The notes beneath the pieces were generated by a model, which did not search any database, was not told where the DNA came from, and was given only the letters and a program-made list of their open reading frames with translations. The position numbers were made by a program, and so were the translations under genes. Positions 27,291 through 40,940 of a stretch of 64,000 bases of DNA are shown piece by piece. The DNA is from Hydrolagus affinis (lineage: Eukaryota). The number at the start of each line of letters is the position of its first letter. Position 1 is the stretch's first letter. The DNA is taken from positions 1 to 64,000 of the forward strand of contig JAAILG010001411.1 of assembly GCA_012026655.1 (NCBI GenBank), written 5' to 3'.

Positions 27291-28379
27291 TTAAGTTAAT
27301 CTTTCATTTACATTGAGAGCACACTGCGATATTGGACAACAGTAGCACTTTATAATGGGAAGGAAGCGTAGAATAAAATATTCACTGGTGTTAATGGATA
27401 GCATGTGTTACATCCCATGCACTGCTTTCCCCTCCCCTTCAATGCAGCCTGTACAGATCCCTAGTTCCAATAGCAAAAAAAGAGAGAAAGTGCTTACTGA
27501 TTGTGATAAATTGTACTTGCAGGAACATACCAACACAAAGAAAGGTTGTCAACTTCGGCAGTTTCAAATTCAACTGCATGCTCCATTTAAACATACTGTA
27601 TTTAGTTACACTGTTGATATTAGGAAGAGGCTGTGTATAGACAGATTAGCATTTTGTGAGGCAGTGTTGATTCTTTTCAGCTGGCAACTTCACAAATTCT
27701 AAGAACAAACACCACATGGGCACTAGATTTACCTCATCTTGTTTCACATTTTATAAGCAATTCTCACACTTCTCTTATCCAAATCCTTTTATTTCTGCTT
27801 GGATACATTTTACCTTTCGTTAAAACTCCCTTTTTTGTTTTGTCTCTTTTGATCAGTGCAAGGAATCAATCAGTCCATCTGTGGAAGAACTTCATAGCTC
27901 AGCTTTCAAAATCTCTCCATAATAAAAAATACACCAAATGTCTCCAAATTACCAGCCAAGCTTCAATAATAATAATCTTTGCATTATTTAATACAGTAAT
28001 AGGAACTAAAATTAAATCTGGTCAGTGATAGTGGGATAAATGCAATTCTACCACAATTTCTTCCTCTCTCGCCATAACATATAACATATTTATTTTTGAC
28101 ACATTCATAGACAGAGGGAATCCATTTGGCAAATATATAAGACCAAGATACTGACATTCTTGGTAGCAGTCCTTAGGTTTAATGGCCAACCAAATTTATA
28201 CCCCCGAAATACAGAACAAAAATGTATTGCGCTATTTGAGTTAATTGGTAAATATCCACATAGCTGCCCATATTGAATCATTGAAAGATGATTTATCACA
28301 TTTTAGGAAAACATACACTGCACGAGGAAGGGTTCTGAAGACATTATTTAAGGCTTCATTAGAACACCTTGACTGCAAG

Positions 28380-28695
28380 ACAGCGTCTTGACGGTGCTTT
28401 GGGGCGTCCTCTCGACGTGAAAGGCGCTCTATGAGAGACCCCACTTTCAGGTCAGGGCGAATTCTTGGGAAATTTCCTTTGTACACACCTGATAATAATC
28501 CTTCAAGAAAAAACACAATAATAAATTGGTAATTTCAATCCACAAATGTTTGTGGGACACTGCTGTGCGCAATTGGCTGCAGCGTTTCAGCCACAAATAC
28601 AGTCAATTCACTTTACAGTATATTCTGTGAAGCACTTTGAGATGCCTAGAAGACATGTAAAGCCCTATATAAAATGCATAAATTATTATTATTAT
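28380..28695 (+). mobile_element. L2 tail fused to a 5'-truncated SINE
   Basis: gtgctttggggcgtcc...gtgaaaggcgctctat followed by the SINE body and tail. Confidence 0.8.
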
Positions 28696-31509
28696 CATCA
28701 GTGCTTCTCAATCAGTCTTACTGTTTTACCTGTCGAATTCCATGCAACATAAATGATTTTATCTGTGCCATGCAGTATTTGAATATTTCAGAAATGTGTG
28801 TGCAGATAAATCCGTAAAACAGTCTATTCCCAAATAGTAAGGTTTAATCTGCAGTTGCTGGCTGCTTTATAAAAGCTAATACATCCTCTATCAGGATGTT
28901 TGCCTAATGCTCCCAACAGATGGTTGAATGTACTATACCTTTAAAGTTGTCAAGTGTAAAATATATCCCACCTACTGAGGCTTGAACAGATAAGCTCCCA
29001 ATGTAGCTTTTTACTTTATGATTTGAGTTGTATCGAGGTTTACCGCCAGAGCATAGCATTTAGCTTAAAATTAGAGCAAACCAATAAACTGTATTTCCTG
29101 TTAGGAAGCAACCAAATGGGTTCTTTGTGATAGCTATTTTCTCTGCAGTATTTTTTCCCCCAAAACAATTCTCTAACACCTCAAATGGAAGAGCTGCTTT
29201 ATCCATTTATGAGTTGTATGTGCAAGACTGAGTACACATAATATCCCTTGTCCTGCATGTGTTTAAAATATTTTTAAGCACAACTTGGCTACTTTTGATA
29301 TCAGTATTTATTTCTAAACAATATTGCATAAAAAAATATATATATTTCACAATCATTACTTAACCTGCTGTTCCAGAACATTTTTTTTGAATTGGGAACT
29401 CAACAGAAGTCGCTGACAAACAAGCAGTCATGTTTCACCAGGCCTTTGATAAAGCAGCTGGGGGAAGTCAAAATAAAGAGCAAACATCTGGAAACATATG
29501 GCAATGAATTGCTACAAATTCCTGAATCCCTTTTATTTAGATTATTTAAAACAGGAAACATCTCATTAGAGATGAGGGCTTTTTTTCCTTTCTAATTTTT
29601 GTGTGATTTGTTTTGTTTTTAATTGTTTAGATCATTAGGAGATTTAGATAGAAGCAGAAACGGGAAGGATTTCATGGGAACATAGTGGAATCCAAGCAGG
29701 AAGTCGGGCGAAGAGGAGTTTGATTTTCAGCATGGGAAAGGATTTGGCGAAGAATCTTATATCATAAAGGGGACCCACTTCAACATGTTTTTTAATCACC
29801 CTGAAGAGCGAGTAATACTAAAACACAAATCTATAAATAGATGGCGTTACTTAGTGCTGCAAGAAACAGTGCAAAATGGAGAGTAGGCTCAGCTTTTAGT
29901 AATCCCTCCTACTGCCTTGTGAACTTGGCTACTGCCTCTGTGCCTTGTGTCAACAGAACAACTGCAATTCCAGGAAAAGACATCACCAGAACTAATTAGA
30001 GCAGTTTACCATAAATCTCCAAGGCATTATGTTCTTGTGCTTTCTATTCATGTAGTAGGGCTGAATGCTATGCAAAAATCATTAAAGGATGAGGTAATTG
30101 TTAAAAATAAAATGTTTCGTGACCTAGCAATGTGCATTTGAGCAATCTGTAGCGCTATGTGAATGGTTCTTGGGATGACTGTCCTGAAAGGTTGCTTCTG
30201 TCTGTTATTTTTAATTACGCAAATACTATTAACAAGATTCTTGTGTTACATTAGTGCATGACTGTCACAAAATCAGTTTATTAGCTGCCAGTTGACTTGC
30301 TGCTGCGAAAATTGTTTTGTTCACCGGAGTAAATCGTAAGAGACACTCAGCTACTCAGTCTGTTCCATTGTAGTAAAGGAATGATCCTTAAAAAATGCTT
30401 AGAAAGGTTTAAGGAAAACATTTTTTTAAGAAAAGGAAAATTAAATGGAGAACTTGGAACTGAGAAAGCTTCAATTTGCCAGAAAGTTTGTTGGAACATA
30501 ATATGCAGCTCACTATATATAGAAAACCTTCGCTAAATAAACAATATTAGTTGTAATGTTATTAAAGAACTGATTATGCATTCATATGATTGTTTGAAAG
30601 TTCTTGGATGGATCAGTTTTCAGCAGGAATCGATCATCAGCACTGTATTTACTGCAATGGGGCTGGGTTGTTGGGCTCCAGTCACCCAAAATACTTTCAA
30701 GATAATGTGATTCATCCCGGTTAATAAGCATGATTCAGAAACTGGGTATAAATGCTGAGTCATTCTTCATAAATACAACCGGCTTGTATTTTGCTAATAA
30801 TAAATTTAATTATGAATGTACATGTGTCAAGTTATAAACTTTTGAGAGAAACTAGACATCCTGTGCATGGAAATATCTTTTCACTGCCATTAAAGAAGTA
30901 AATTCAAAGTACGTACATGGCTCCATTAATATAATCCAATTTTTTCTGAAGAATGATTTGGTTTTGCATATTTCAGTGACTCTTATAATTGAGTATGTAA
31001 GTGATAATGGAACTAAGCCCTCATTTAAGCAACAAAGGAAAGAGACTGCCATTTCAGTAGCACAGCACACTGGAGTCTTAACACAATAGTCACTTTTACA
31101 AGCCAAAGAAGGCATTCATTGACACGTGTCACAATGTAGGAATTCATCACAAAATTTGGATTCTTTGAATAGATCAAAACACCTGTATGTTCAAATCTTT
31201 AATACTTCAGCTTGTCATTGTTTCAGAGAAACTCTGTAATAACCTTTTAGCTCATTGTTCTGGTGAGAGAACTACAAGTTCTTTTCTTATTCGAGCATGA
31301 TTTTCCACTCTGAAAAACACAGATTAAGATCTCCCAAATATGTACAGGGACATGTACAGGGCTTGCACCTCAAGCTCCCGTGACTGCCAACAGTAGCTAA
31401 CACTTGAATCCATCAGCCACATGTGAACTGTATTTTCTCACATCTCAGCCGACCTGCTCACTGCAATCACAGTCCCATCTTAGAATACTTAGCCCCTGCC
31501 TTACTCAAA

Positions 31510-31860
31510 TGTCAGTTTGGCCCAGTTGATAGCACTCTCACTTCAAACTCAGAAGGTTGTGGATTTAAACCCTATATTGAGCTCATCGGCCAGCACAACA
31601 GTCCAGTATATGACCGAGCTGCATTGGTGGGATGCCGTCCTTCAAATGATACTTTAAACTGAGGTCCCATCTGGCAATTCTTCAGCTGGATATTAAAAAT
31701 CTTATGATGCTATTTGAAAATAGGCCCAACTAATCATCCTCCAGATAAATTGTTCATTCACCTCATGTCTGGTAGTGGAGCCTTGGTGTGCACAAAACAG
31801 TTGCTGCATTTTGTTTAAAAATAGTCACTGTTGTTGACAAGAATGACTGTAAAGCATGTC
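31510..31860 (+). mobile_element. Old DeuSINE with tRNA head
   Basis: ggcccagttgatagcactctcac...tcagaaggttgtgg head; gccgtccttcaaatga...aaactgaggtccc Deu domain. Confidence 0.75.
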
Positions 31861-33662
31861 TGCTTGATTGGGTGCTATAGATACACAGATTCTCTCTCTT
31901 CTTTTCACTCACCACAGATTTCCATTCTGGCTTGCCAAATGTTTTGGTGTCCATGACCAATCTGCCTACAGTTCAGGATGGATACGGATAAGAGTGCCAA
32001 TGATTATGATCAAGAAAAGAAGCAGAGGAGGAAAAAAATCATGTTTTCCCTTACTTTTCCGGAGTCACTAGCATAGACCTAATACAACCTGTTCTATAAT
32101 TTCATTGGTTCCAGTCATTTTCTACTTCCAAGATTAAGTGGTCAATTTTCATCTGACAGCCAGATAGACACCTGGAAGAAACATTTAGGTATGTTTTCAT
32201 GGGCTGGAACGTCGTGTACAAGACTTGAATTATTTGTCAAACATATACTCAGTGCCTCAAAAAATTATAACCACAATCATTTTCTATTTCAATCAATTTT
32301 GTGATCGCCTAAAAATACAGTATTCACAGTAAAAACCTGTGAACTGCTTTGAGCCACCCTGACCTGACATTGTGCCACATCAGTTATAATTTTAATTAGA
32401 TTATAATTATAAATAAAATAGAAAACAACATTGGCAGCAAAACGATAACAGGAAATCAGTCTTTTATTTTACACTGGAAGCTAAAATGAATAACTTCTAA
32501 GTCATCAGATCCTGACTGAATATAAGTCTATGGCAAATCACTGCAAATTTACATTTAGTACTAATTTTGAAGTTGATGCTTTCTAAAAACTGTGTTTCTA
32601 AATTAAGTTAAAATTTTTCCACAATCTCACACAACCACACTTTTTAAGGCAAAATGGTTTAACAGGTTAGGAGTTGGTGGAGAAAACAAAAGGAAACTCA
32701 ACTTTTCGGGAGATGTGTCAATGAGGCAAAATGTGATGTTGCATAACATCGAATCTGTTAAGTAACATTAGAACTTCAATCAATAATTATGGCCTGGTTT
32801 TGAGTGTGAACATACTGCTAACCCGAGCAAGGCGAGTCTGCAGTATTCCAAAGCACTGCTGACCACAGAACAGCCAGCCTGGCTCATCGGCAGAACCTGG
32901 AAGGGGAGAACAGTCAATGGGAGCAGGGATTCTTCCCGCTCAGCTTTCATTCATCCAAAGTCCTAATAGGTAGGAAGGTCCTAGCCCCTACAACAGCAAC
33001 TTGCATTTATATAGTGGCCCTCGCGCACTGTAGCGTCCCAGAGTGCTACAAGCAATGGGAACGTTTGCCAGGCACTGCTCCCAATGCAAAGCAGATTTAG
33101 GTGTGACACATGTTATTTTGGATACTCTTAAGCATGGTGATGAGTTACAGCGTGTGTCACATACACCTGAACCCTAAATAATCTGTCATCTACTCCAGTC
33201 CCATTTCTCATTTCTGTTCTACTCCTTGGGACTACATCGATTACATTGTTCACCCCAATATCACATCATCTGACCATGTCTATCCAGTCACAACCTCAAC
33301 TCATCTGATATGTTGAATCAAAATGGGAGTTGCTTCGCTGACAGATTAAGTTAATGGACGTAATAGCGCACAACATTTCTGTCAAGCAATTAAAAACATG
33401 CTATTTTTCCATTTAAATCACTCTGAATTTCACACTACTGCACTTACTTACAAAGCTATTAATAATCTACTATCAGCTGCCATATCAGATAGATTTAAAG
33501 CCTTACCAACAATAGATAGAACTCTGCTAAAGTCAAGTCCTTGAGGTGATGTTCCCCTGAATACAGCTATAGGAATTTATTTTACTCTAGTTTAAATATG
33601 TGGAATTCTTTTACCTTCTCTATTCACTTTCCAAAATATACAGCTACTACATTTTTATAGCA

Positions 33663-33865
33663 CAATAAAAGCCCGTTTATCCTGCACCCTCGGGACCTGG
33701 CCAATGCCGGTTAAAGCGCGTACCGGATATTCGGCCGAAAACACAGAAAAAATAAAATAAAAAAAATACATTGTGCAGGATAAATTCTGGTTAATCGAAT
33801 GGGGACCTTTTTTTGAGGTGCCGGTTATACGGTTGATCGGGTCACAGATAAACGGGCTTTTACTG
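33663..33865. mobile_element. pogo/Tigger-type MITE, copy 1
   Basis: TIRs CAATAAAAGCCCGTTTATC / GATAAACGGGCTTTTACTG; inverted relative at 60746-60961. Confidence 0.85.
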
Positions 33866-35477
33866 TGTATCCTGTAAAACGCTTTAAGACGTCCTCCCAA
33901 CATGAATGGTGCTATGACAAATACAATTATTATTATGATGAAAAAGATGTCCATATAACTTACCATCAAAAATGCTATACATAATTATTTAAGAATGTGA
34001 TGATAGAGGGACTAGATTACTGGTGTACTGACAAAATGTACAATTTTTGGGTGGATTTTGTCATCTTAATTATTCTCTTCTGTCATAACACAAGTTGTTT
34101 CTGAATCAAATTGCAATACAAGTTCTATATTTTGACTTTGTCAAAGTCCACGCTGGTTGTCGAAGAAAATATTGCCTTAGGGTATTGAGAAACTATAAAA
34201 AGAGAATCACTTTAGCAGTTCTTATTCTGCTTTTTTTTAATGTTTCATGCCTATTGATATCCCTACCTCCACATACAGTTTCATCTTCAGATTTTAGGAG
34301 CGAAAACCAGTTTTGGCTTGATTACATACTTCAATGACCAGGAGGTGTGCTTTTGTGCAGGATAATTAATTTCCCCAAATTTAAACACCCTCAACTCCTA
34401 CCCCACCAAAGGTGGAGTGCTCCACAGCCACACATCACTTCAATTCAGAATTTATAATATTAAATTATTTAATCTGTGTTAACACCACATTTCCTCACAC
34501 AAAAATAGCTTACTAAAGCATTAAGATAAATCCAGTTGGGTTTTATTTCTGTACTGGGTACCATTTGAAAAGCATCCAATTCACAAGCGCTTTCCTTCAC
34601 AGATGGGAAAGTTCAAATTGCATCAGAATTGAAAAGAAAGCAGCTCGTACTGGAATGTAGTTTAACAGCATTTTGTTCAAAGTTAAAGGAGAAAAGGAGT
34701 TGAAGCCGCATTGTTCCCAGATGCCAACTCTGCAGCACATCATCATTAATATACATTGGCTTCTCTCACCATTGCATGTGTTTGTTTGAAAAACGGAAAA
34801 TTACCAGCATTGAATATTTTACTGCACCCTGGAAAAGGCCAATCCACTCATTTGTAAATGTCATCATCGTCCACAGTTTGCAAAACCACACTAAAAAAAA
34901 ACAGCTTGAATTATTGCAGGATTGTATTTAGGGAAGATTGTAATATACTTTCAGTAGTTTAAAAATTGGTCGGTGGAAGCTAATTAAAAGGAATGCTTGC
35001 AGTGTTCAAAGTATTTTTTAAAAATTAATTATTTGTAACATCAATTCTATTGCTATTTAATTAGGCAAATCCAATTTTTAGCTGCAGTTCACTTAGCTTT
35101 GCTTTCCTACCAACATTTTCCAACAAACTTCAAACTGTGCGCTTTATGTAACAAGGGAAAAATTTAGTGGTATGTGGGTACATTGAGAACCAGTACTATA
35201 ATTTCTCAATAGACAGAAACACATGCTATGTGGTTACCATATGTCTTGGTAGAAATACTGTATTTGAACAACTGTATACATAATACTAAAATCATTAAAA
35301 AAAACTACTTTGGAATTTCACACATTCTAAGATGAAAGGACAGAGGAAAAGATTTTCCTAAAAATGGGCCACTGAAAGCTGTGAAGGTTCTTTTAAGGAA
35401 GGATAAATATTCAATTAGATGTTGAATAAAACAAAGAAATGGTTTTGGCTTCTTTCAGCATAAAATACCTTTGAAAG

Positions 35478-35521
35478 ATTAATTAATACATGCAAATTAT
35501 GCAAATTAGGCACATGCAAAT
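35478..35521 (+). promoter_or_regulatory. Triple octamer (ATGCAAAT) cluster with an ATTAATTAAT homeodomain site
   Basis: Octamers at 35490, 35499 and 35514. Confidence 0.5.
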
Positions 35522-37083
35522 ATTTTATGAAGACAATTAGGGGAGGCATTAATTACTGCCTTTTTTGCTTCAATGAGATTTATTCTCTTTTCCTATGCTG
35601 TTTAACTGTTTATGTGATGGATCCTCTTAATATGAGCGTAACCAGCCCTAGCAATGCATTTATATACAGGTAAAAAAAAACTCCTTGCTATAATAATACT
35701 AAAGTATGTATAATCTATGTCTATTCGAGGCATAGTAGTTGGCATCAACAGAATTTACTGATCTACAGGGCTAGCAATTAAGAGCCTGGATGTGAATTTG
35801 AGCTCATTCTTGGAAATGATTCAACTTCTGCAAAAGCAATTAATTTGCTTTGCCTGTGCTAATATAGTGGAATTATAAAGCGTGACACAAGACAAATAGA
35901 AATAATTAGTTTCCCAAAATGATGTTCTCATTAATGCAGTTTCTAACAGTGGAAAAACATTATTGCACCAGGTCTGCATTCTGTCCCCCGCCACAGTGAC
36001 CATGATAAAGTAGTAGAGATCTAAATTAAGAGCTTTTCTTCCCAGTGTCATATTGTTTTTAATGCATTTCTAAAAGCTCCAGGTCACCACTATGTGGAGT
36101 TTACAGAGCTGCCTGAAGCTTCCTACCTTGTGGAATAGAACCGTACTCAACAATTAACGTACAATGCACTGATGTAAATCCTTATCTAACAGCCACCTTT
36201 AAACTAATGAACAGTGTGTTTTATTCTTTTTGCTAATGCCTGCAATAAATTGTATCCTTTGTTTTAGTTAATCAATGCTGCCTTCAATGGATTACACAGG
36301 TCTGAGGAGCTGTCAAGTACCAGAACACATTGGAAAAGAAGGGAACGAGCCGGTTAGTTTGGTTCTGATACACTGGGTGTACACTCAGTAAGAGTCTGCA
36401 ACAGTCTCTAAAAGGAAAACAATAAAAGACTCATTTTTATGTAGAGTTTTTTTTCAGGTAGTTTCATTACACTAACAGGTGTACATTGCAGGTGTGGACA
36501 ATAATTCCTTCAATGTATACATTAACGGTGTATAGTGCGATGTTAAATCAACTACAAATATAAGAGATTCTACTGTTGAGTGAAACAGAAGAGGGGAATA
36601 AAAATCCATTAGAACAAACTCTGTTATATATGGTTTCACAAAAACCCTGCGATTTACACTTTACTCCGCAAATTACTGTAAGATTTCTGAGCAAGTTTAT
36701 CTCCTATTAGGTTCAGCCATTATTAAGTGCTCAGAGACATTCTTGCCTTTGTGAAGGACGCTATATAAATGCACAAGCTGTTGTTGTATGTCATTGACAT
36801 ATTTCAAATAAATTCCTGTCTGGAATTGCTATGAATTTATTTACTCCCTTCCCAGTTCAGAGTTAAATCTCCTACCCAAATCAGATATTAAAATAATCTT
36901 CCAAAAATGGAGATTTTCAGTGGGTCTTTTGCCCAAATCTGCTCAAATGTTACTTTTATTTTTATGGGCATGTAAAGAAGGATGGTTCCATCTTTACTGG
37001 ATGGATCAACTAAAAAGTGGTCAGGAACATATTCTCAGAAGCAAATTCTCAGAACTCAGAGCAAGAAAGTGATGTACAGTGAT

Positions 37084-37390
37084 GGAGTCCTGTAGCTCAG
37101 TGGTTAGAGCACACGCCTCGCAAGCGAGAGACCTGGGTTGAATTCCCAGCTGGGCAAAACCTTGGCCAAGTTTTCTTACCACAAATGCCTGATAATAATC
37201 CTTCAAATTTTTTTAAAAATTGGTCACTTTAATCCACGACTGTTTGTGGGACACTGCTGTATGCAATTGGCTCCTGGGTTTCGCCCACAAATATGCCGTC
37301 AAATCACTTTACAGAATATTCTGTGAAGCACTTTGAAATGTCTAGAAATTGTGAAAAGCACTGTACCAAATGCAAGGATTATTATTATTA
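37084..37390 (+). mobile_element. tRNA/Deu SINE, full length
   Basis: Head with CT-CGC-AA anticodon loop, core and tail. Confidence 0.92.
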
Positions 37391-38028
37391 CATGAGAACA
37401 GAAGCAATTCTGAGAAGTGATCCAAGCCTTCGACTCTAACTTGCTTTGTTTATATTTAGCTATTCTATAATTAAATATACAGATAATCAAATCCTCTTCT
37501 ATGCAAATAATTGCGACCTGAAATAAATTACTGTTTATCCAGATTTGCACGCAGGCAAACAAGCTGATACAACTTTCATTAACAGCTGAATGTCTAAACA
37601 AATCTATAGCAGTTGCGTCATATCAAAGCCTGATAAGCATCTAACCTCAGAGCTTGAATGATTTTTTGGAACCTACCTGCAGCACTAAAAGTCACAAAAA
37701 GAACATTATGACCTATTGAGGCATTCATACTACAATCCAAGGCTCTCCTGATTGCTCAGTTAATGAGCTACTACCAAAATGTGAAATTAAACCATCATCT
37801 GACCCTTGGATATTTTCCATTCCAGTCACAGACAAATGTCCATATGTAGGTGACATATGTATGTGCAATGCTCAGGCTTGTTTGGATACTCTTAAGCATC
37901 GCAATGGGTTTCCAGTAACAGACATCAGCTAATCAAAAAAAATTCTATGCTGGGTTGTCTGAGCCCACATCCATATGCTACAAATGGATTCAACACTCGA
38001 GCCCTGGGATTCTTTTTCCTGATCACTA

Positions 38029-38348
38029 TAATAATAAAATAATAATAATCCTTACATTTGATATAGCGCTTTTCACGTCTTCTAGACGTCTCAAGCTCTT
38101 TACAGAATATACTGTAAAGTGGCATGAATATATATATGTGGCCGAAATGCAGCCATCAATTCCACACATCTGTTTCCCACAAACAGTCGTGGATTGAAAT
38201 GACCAATTTTTTTTTTTTTTTTAGGGATTATTATTAGGCATGTGGAGTAAGCAAACTTGCCCAAGGTTGCCTCCCTCTCTGCCAGAAACCCACCCAGGTT
38301 TCTCGCTTGTAAGGCGAGAGCTCTAACGACTAAGCTACAGGACTCCAC
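38029..38348 (-). mobile_element. tRNA/Deu SINE, full length
   Basis: Reverse complement of the family consensus. Confidence 0.92.
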
Positions 38349-38568
38349 ATGCCAGTGATTCTTACTGGAAAGTCTATAATTGGACAGTAACAAGCTCAAC
38401 TGGCATGGGTGACAAGGTTGAAAAGTCCACTGCCCCTCATAGTTGATAATCAGATATGAAGAATGGCAACTTGAACAAAGTACCTAGAAACAGGAGAATA
38501 TTAAGACCAATCCAGTCATTAACTACTAGACAAAAACATTCCAAAGTGTTGAACTTTGTAATACTTTG

Positions 38569-38871
38569 CAGTCCTGTAGCTCAGTGGTTAGAGCACTCGT
38601 CTCTCAAGAAAGAGACCTGAATTTGATTCCTGGCAAGGTGAAACGTTGGGCAGCTTTCCTTACTCCACACACCTAATAATACTCGCTCAAAAAAATAATA
38701 ATAATTTGGTCACTTCAATCCACTACTGTTGGGACACTGTGGGACACCACTGTGCGCAATCGGCTGCTGTGTTTTGCCCACAAATTCTGTATATTGTACA
38801 GTCAATTCATTTTACAGTATATTCTATGAGCCATCTAGAAGACGGCTTTATCAAATGCAAGGATTATTATT
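38569..38871 (+). mobile_element. tRNA/Deu SINE
   Basis: gtcctgtagctcagtggttagagcactcg... Confidence 0.9.
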
Positions 38872-38954
38872 TACCATAAATTTCGATGCAAAGAAAAATT
38901 AGAAGACAAATAGAAGAAAAATAGGCATTTCCGCACTTTCTCCCAGATTTAATC

Positions 38955-39109
38955 TCATAATAATAATTATAATTTTTACATTTGGTACACAGACTTTCAC
39001 TTTGGGAGAAAGTCTCTTCACAGAATGTAATGTGTTTTTTGGTAAACACGGCAGCCACATGGCACAATAATGTCCCACAAACAGCTATGAATTAAATGAC
39101 CATTTTTTT
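38955..39109 (-). mobile_element. SINE 3' fragment
   Basis: gcagcc...tgtcccacaaacag. Confidence 0.7.
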
Positions 39110-39418
39110 CAGGTGGAACATCGGTAATCTGGCACGGTTGGGACTAAGCACATCCTGGATTTCGAAGTTTTCCGGTATTTAGAAACCTAACCTAGTAATT
39201 TTACCAATGTTGTTTTATTTACCCGATATAATTTTTATGTATTCTTTAACATGATTTATGTGTAAAAATATATAAATATAAAGAAATAAGTGTTAGTACT
39301 TAAAAATAAATTAATTGTAAATTGTCAATAAATTATAAAATTATATGTAATATTTTGAAATCTTGTCGGTTTTAGGGAGTTCCCGGCTTTCGGTATTCAG
39401 AATATCGATGTTCTACTA
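39110..39418. mobile_element. Tigger-like MITE
   Basis: TIRs caggtggaacatcggtaatctg / cagaatatcgatgttctacta around an AT-rich core. Confidence 0.65.
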
Positions 39419-39645
39419 TAATTGTAATTCTTACATTTGATACAGTTTCTTTCACAACGGAAGGACGTCCCAAAAAGCTTTGCAGGATTTACTGTGAAGT
39501 GTAGTAACTGTATTCTCTAGGAAATAATAAATAGTGCAATGCTTTTGCTGAAGTTACAAAAATAATTTGTTGACGGGAGACTACAGTTGTGATTTGATTG
39601 TGAAGCATTGATAAGACCCAGGCGCAATGCTGATAAATGCAATTA

Positions 39646-40096
39646 CTGGAACTCCTATCTACATCATCTCGATATACGTTGTTTCAATTATACGTTGTTG
39701 ATGAATTAATAAATTAGAAAAAATAATTTGAAAATTGGATTAATTGAAGGGATATTAGCTGATTACAGGGATTACCTGCCACTTGTACGGATCCCCAGAG
39801 GGGCCTGACCACATCAACCATCTCCAGTAAGTGTTCTCTTAATTGTATTTTTATCTTATTTATATGTTTATTAAACTTTTATTGTAATTTTCAATACTAG
39901 TGGTGTGGTTTTTGCTCTTTATTTAATATTAGTGTAAGAAAATTTAGACCAGAAATGTACTGAAGGAATGTATTGATAGCATTAGGGCCTATTGATCGCA
40001 TGAGGGCCTATGGTAATTTAGGTTTTGCTATATGTTGTTTCACTTAAAATCGCACTTTTCAAGAACACATCCCCAACGTTAATTGAAGAGTCCCAG
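39646..40096. mobile_element. Degraded Tigger-like non-autonomous element
   Basis: TA|ctggaactcc ... agagtcccag|TA weak TIRs. Confidence 0.45.
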
Positions 40097-40385
40097 TATT
40101 GGAGAAATGTTCCTGCATGGTTGCACTTCAGCACTGGGATTTGAAACTTCCATACAGCACTCCTGAATCTGCATATAACATGAACAGTAGTAATGAATTC
40201 ATTCAGTGTCAGAGAGACTGAAAGTCATAATTTTACATCCATTGCCTAGCAATTTACCTCTTTGTTTCACTGCACAGGCTTAAAAACAAAGTGTTTCGTA
40301 AGGCAATACAGTCAAATTCTAATATGTTGCATCAAGCAATTAGAATGGATATGGGTTCATGCCAATAATTCCCTACAGGTATACA

Positions 40386-40940
40386 TTTGCTTGTCGGCCT
40401 TCCCAATTCATCCCTCCATAGGCTGCAGATTATCCAGAACTCTGTCCTCTACAGCTCCAAGCTCCGTGACCCCATCTACCCCATTCTTACCCAAGTGTAT
40501 TGGCTCCCCGTCACCCAGAGGCTCCCCATCTCAATTCAAGATCCTGGTCCTCACCTTCAAAGCCCTCCACGGCTTTGCCCCACCCTACTTCAGTGACCTC
40601 CTAAACCCCTACCAACCTGCCCGCTCCCTCCATTCTTGAGCAAGCTTTGCCCTGCTCCATGTCCCCGCCCCACCATCGGTGGGTGAGCCTTCAGCCACTC
40701 TGCGTCTAACCTCTGGAATTCCATCCCCCAGTTCCGCCACCTCGCCCCCTCCCTTGCCTCCTTCAAGTCCCACTTCAAAACCTTCCTCTTCGACGATCCC
40801 ATCGGTCACCTCAAATCTCCTCGTTTCCCTCCACCCTCCCCGATCCCAACCCCAGCTCGGGTCTGAAACATTGACTGTCCAGTACCTTGGGACTTCCTCC
40901 TGAAGTGAAAGACCCTATACAAGTGTAATTTCGTTGTTGT
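40386..40940 (+). mobile_element. L2 LINE 3' fragment
   Basis: LVGLPNSSLHRLQIIQN and FKILVLTFKALHGFAPPYFSDLL motifs with frameshifts; (gtt)n tail. Confidence 0.9.

Noticed and set aside
33117-33145. 5.8S rRNA-like start (actctta..ggtg)
   Set aside because: Only a few matching bases and no continuation
40262-40903. Active L2 retrotransposon or novel proline/serine-rich gene
   Set aside because: 5'-truncated, frameshifted L2 fragment; the alternative-frame ORFs are artefacts of its C-rich composition
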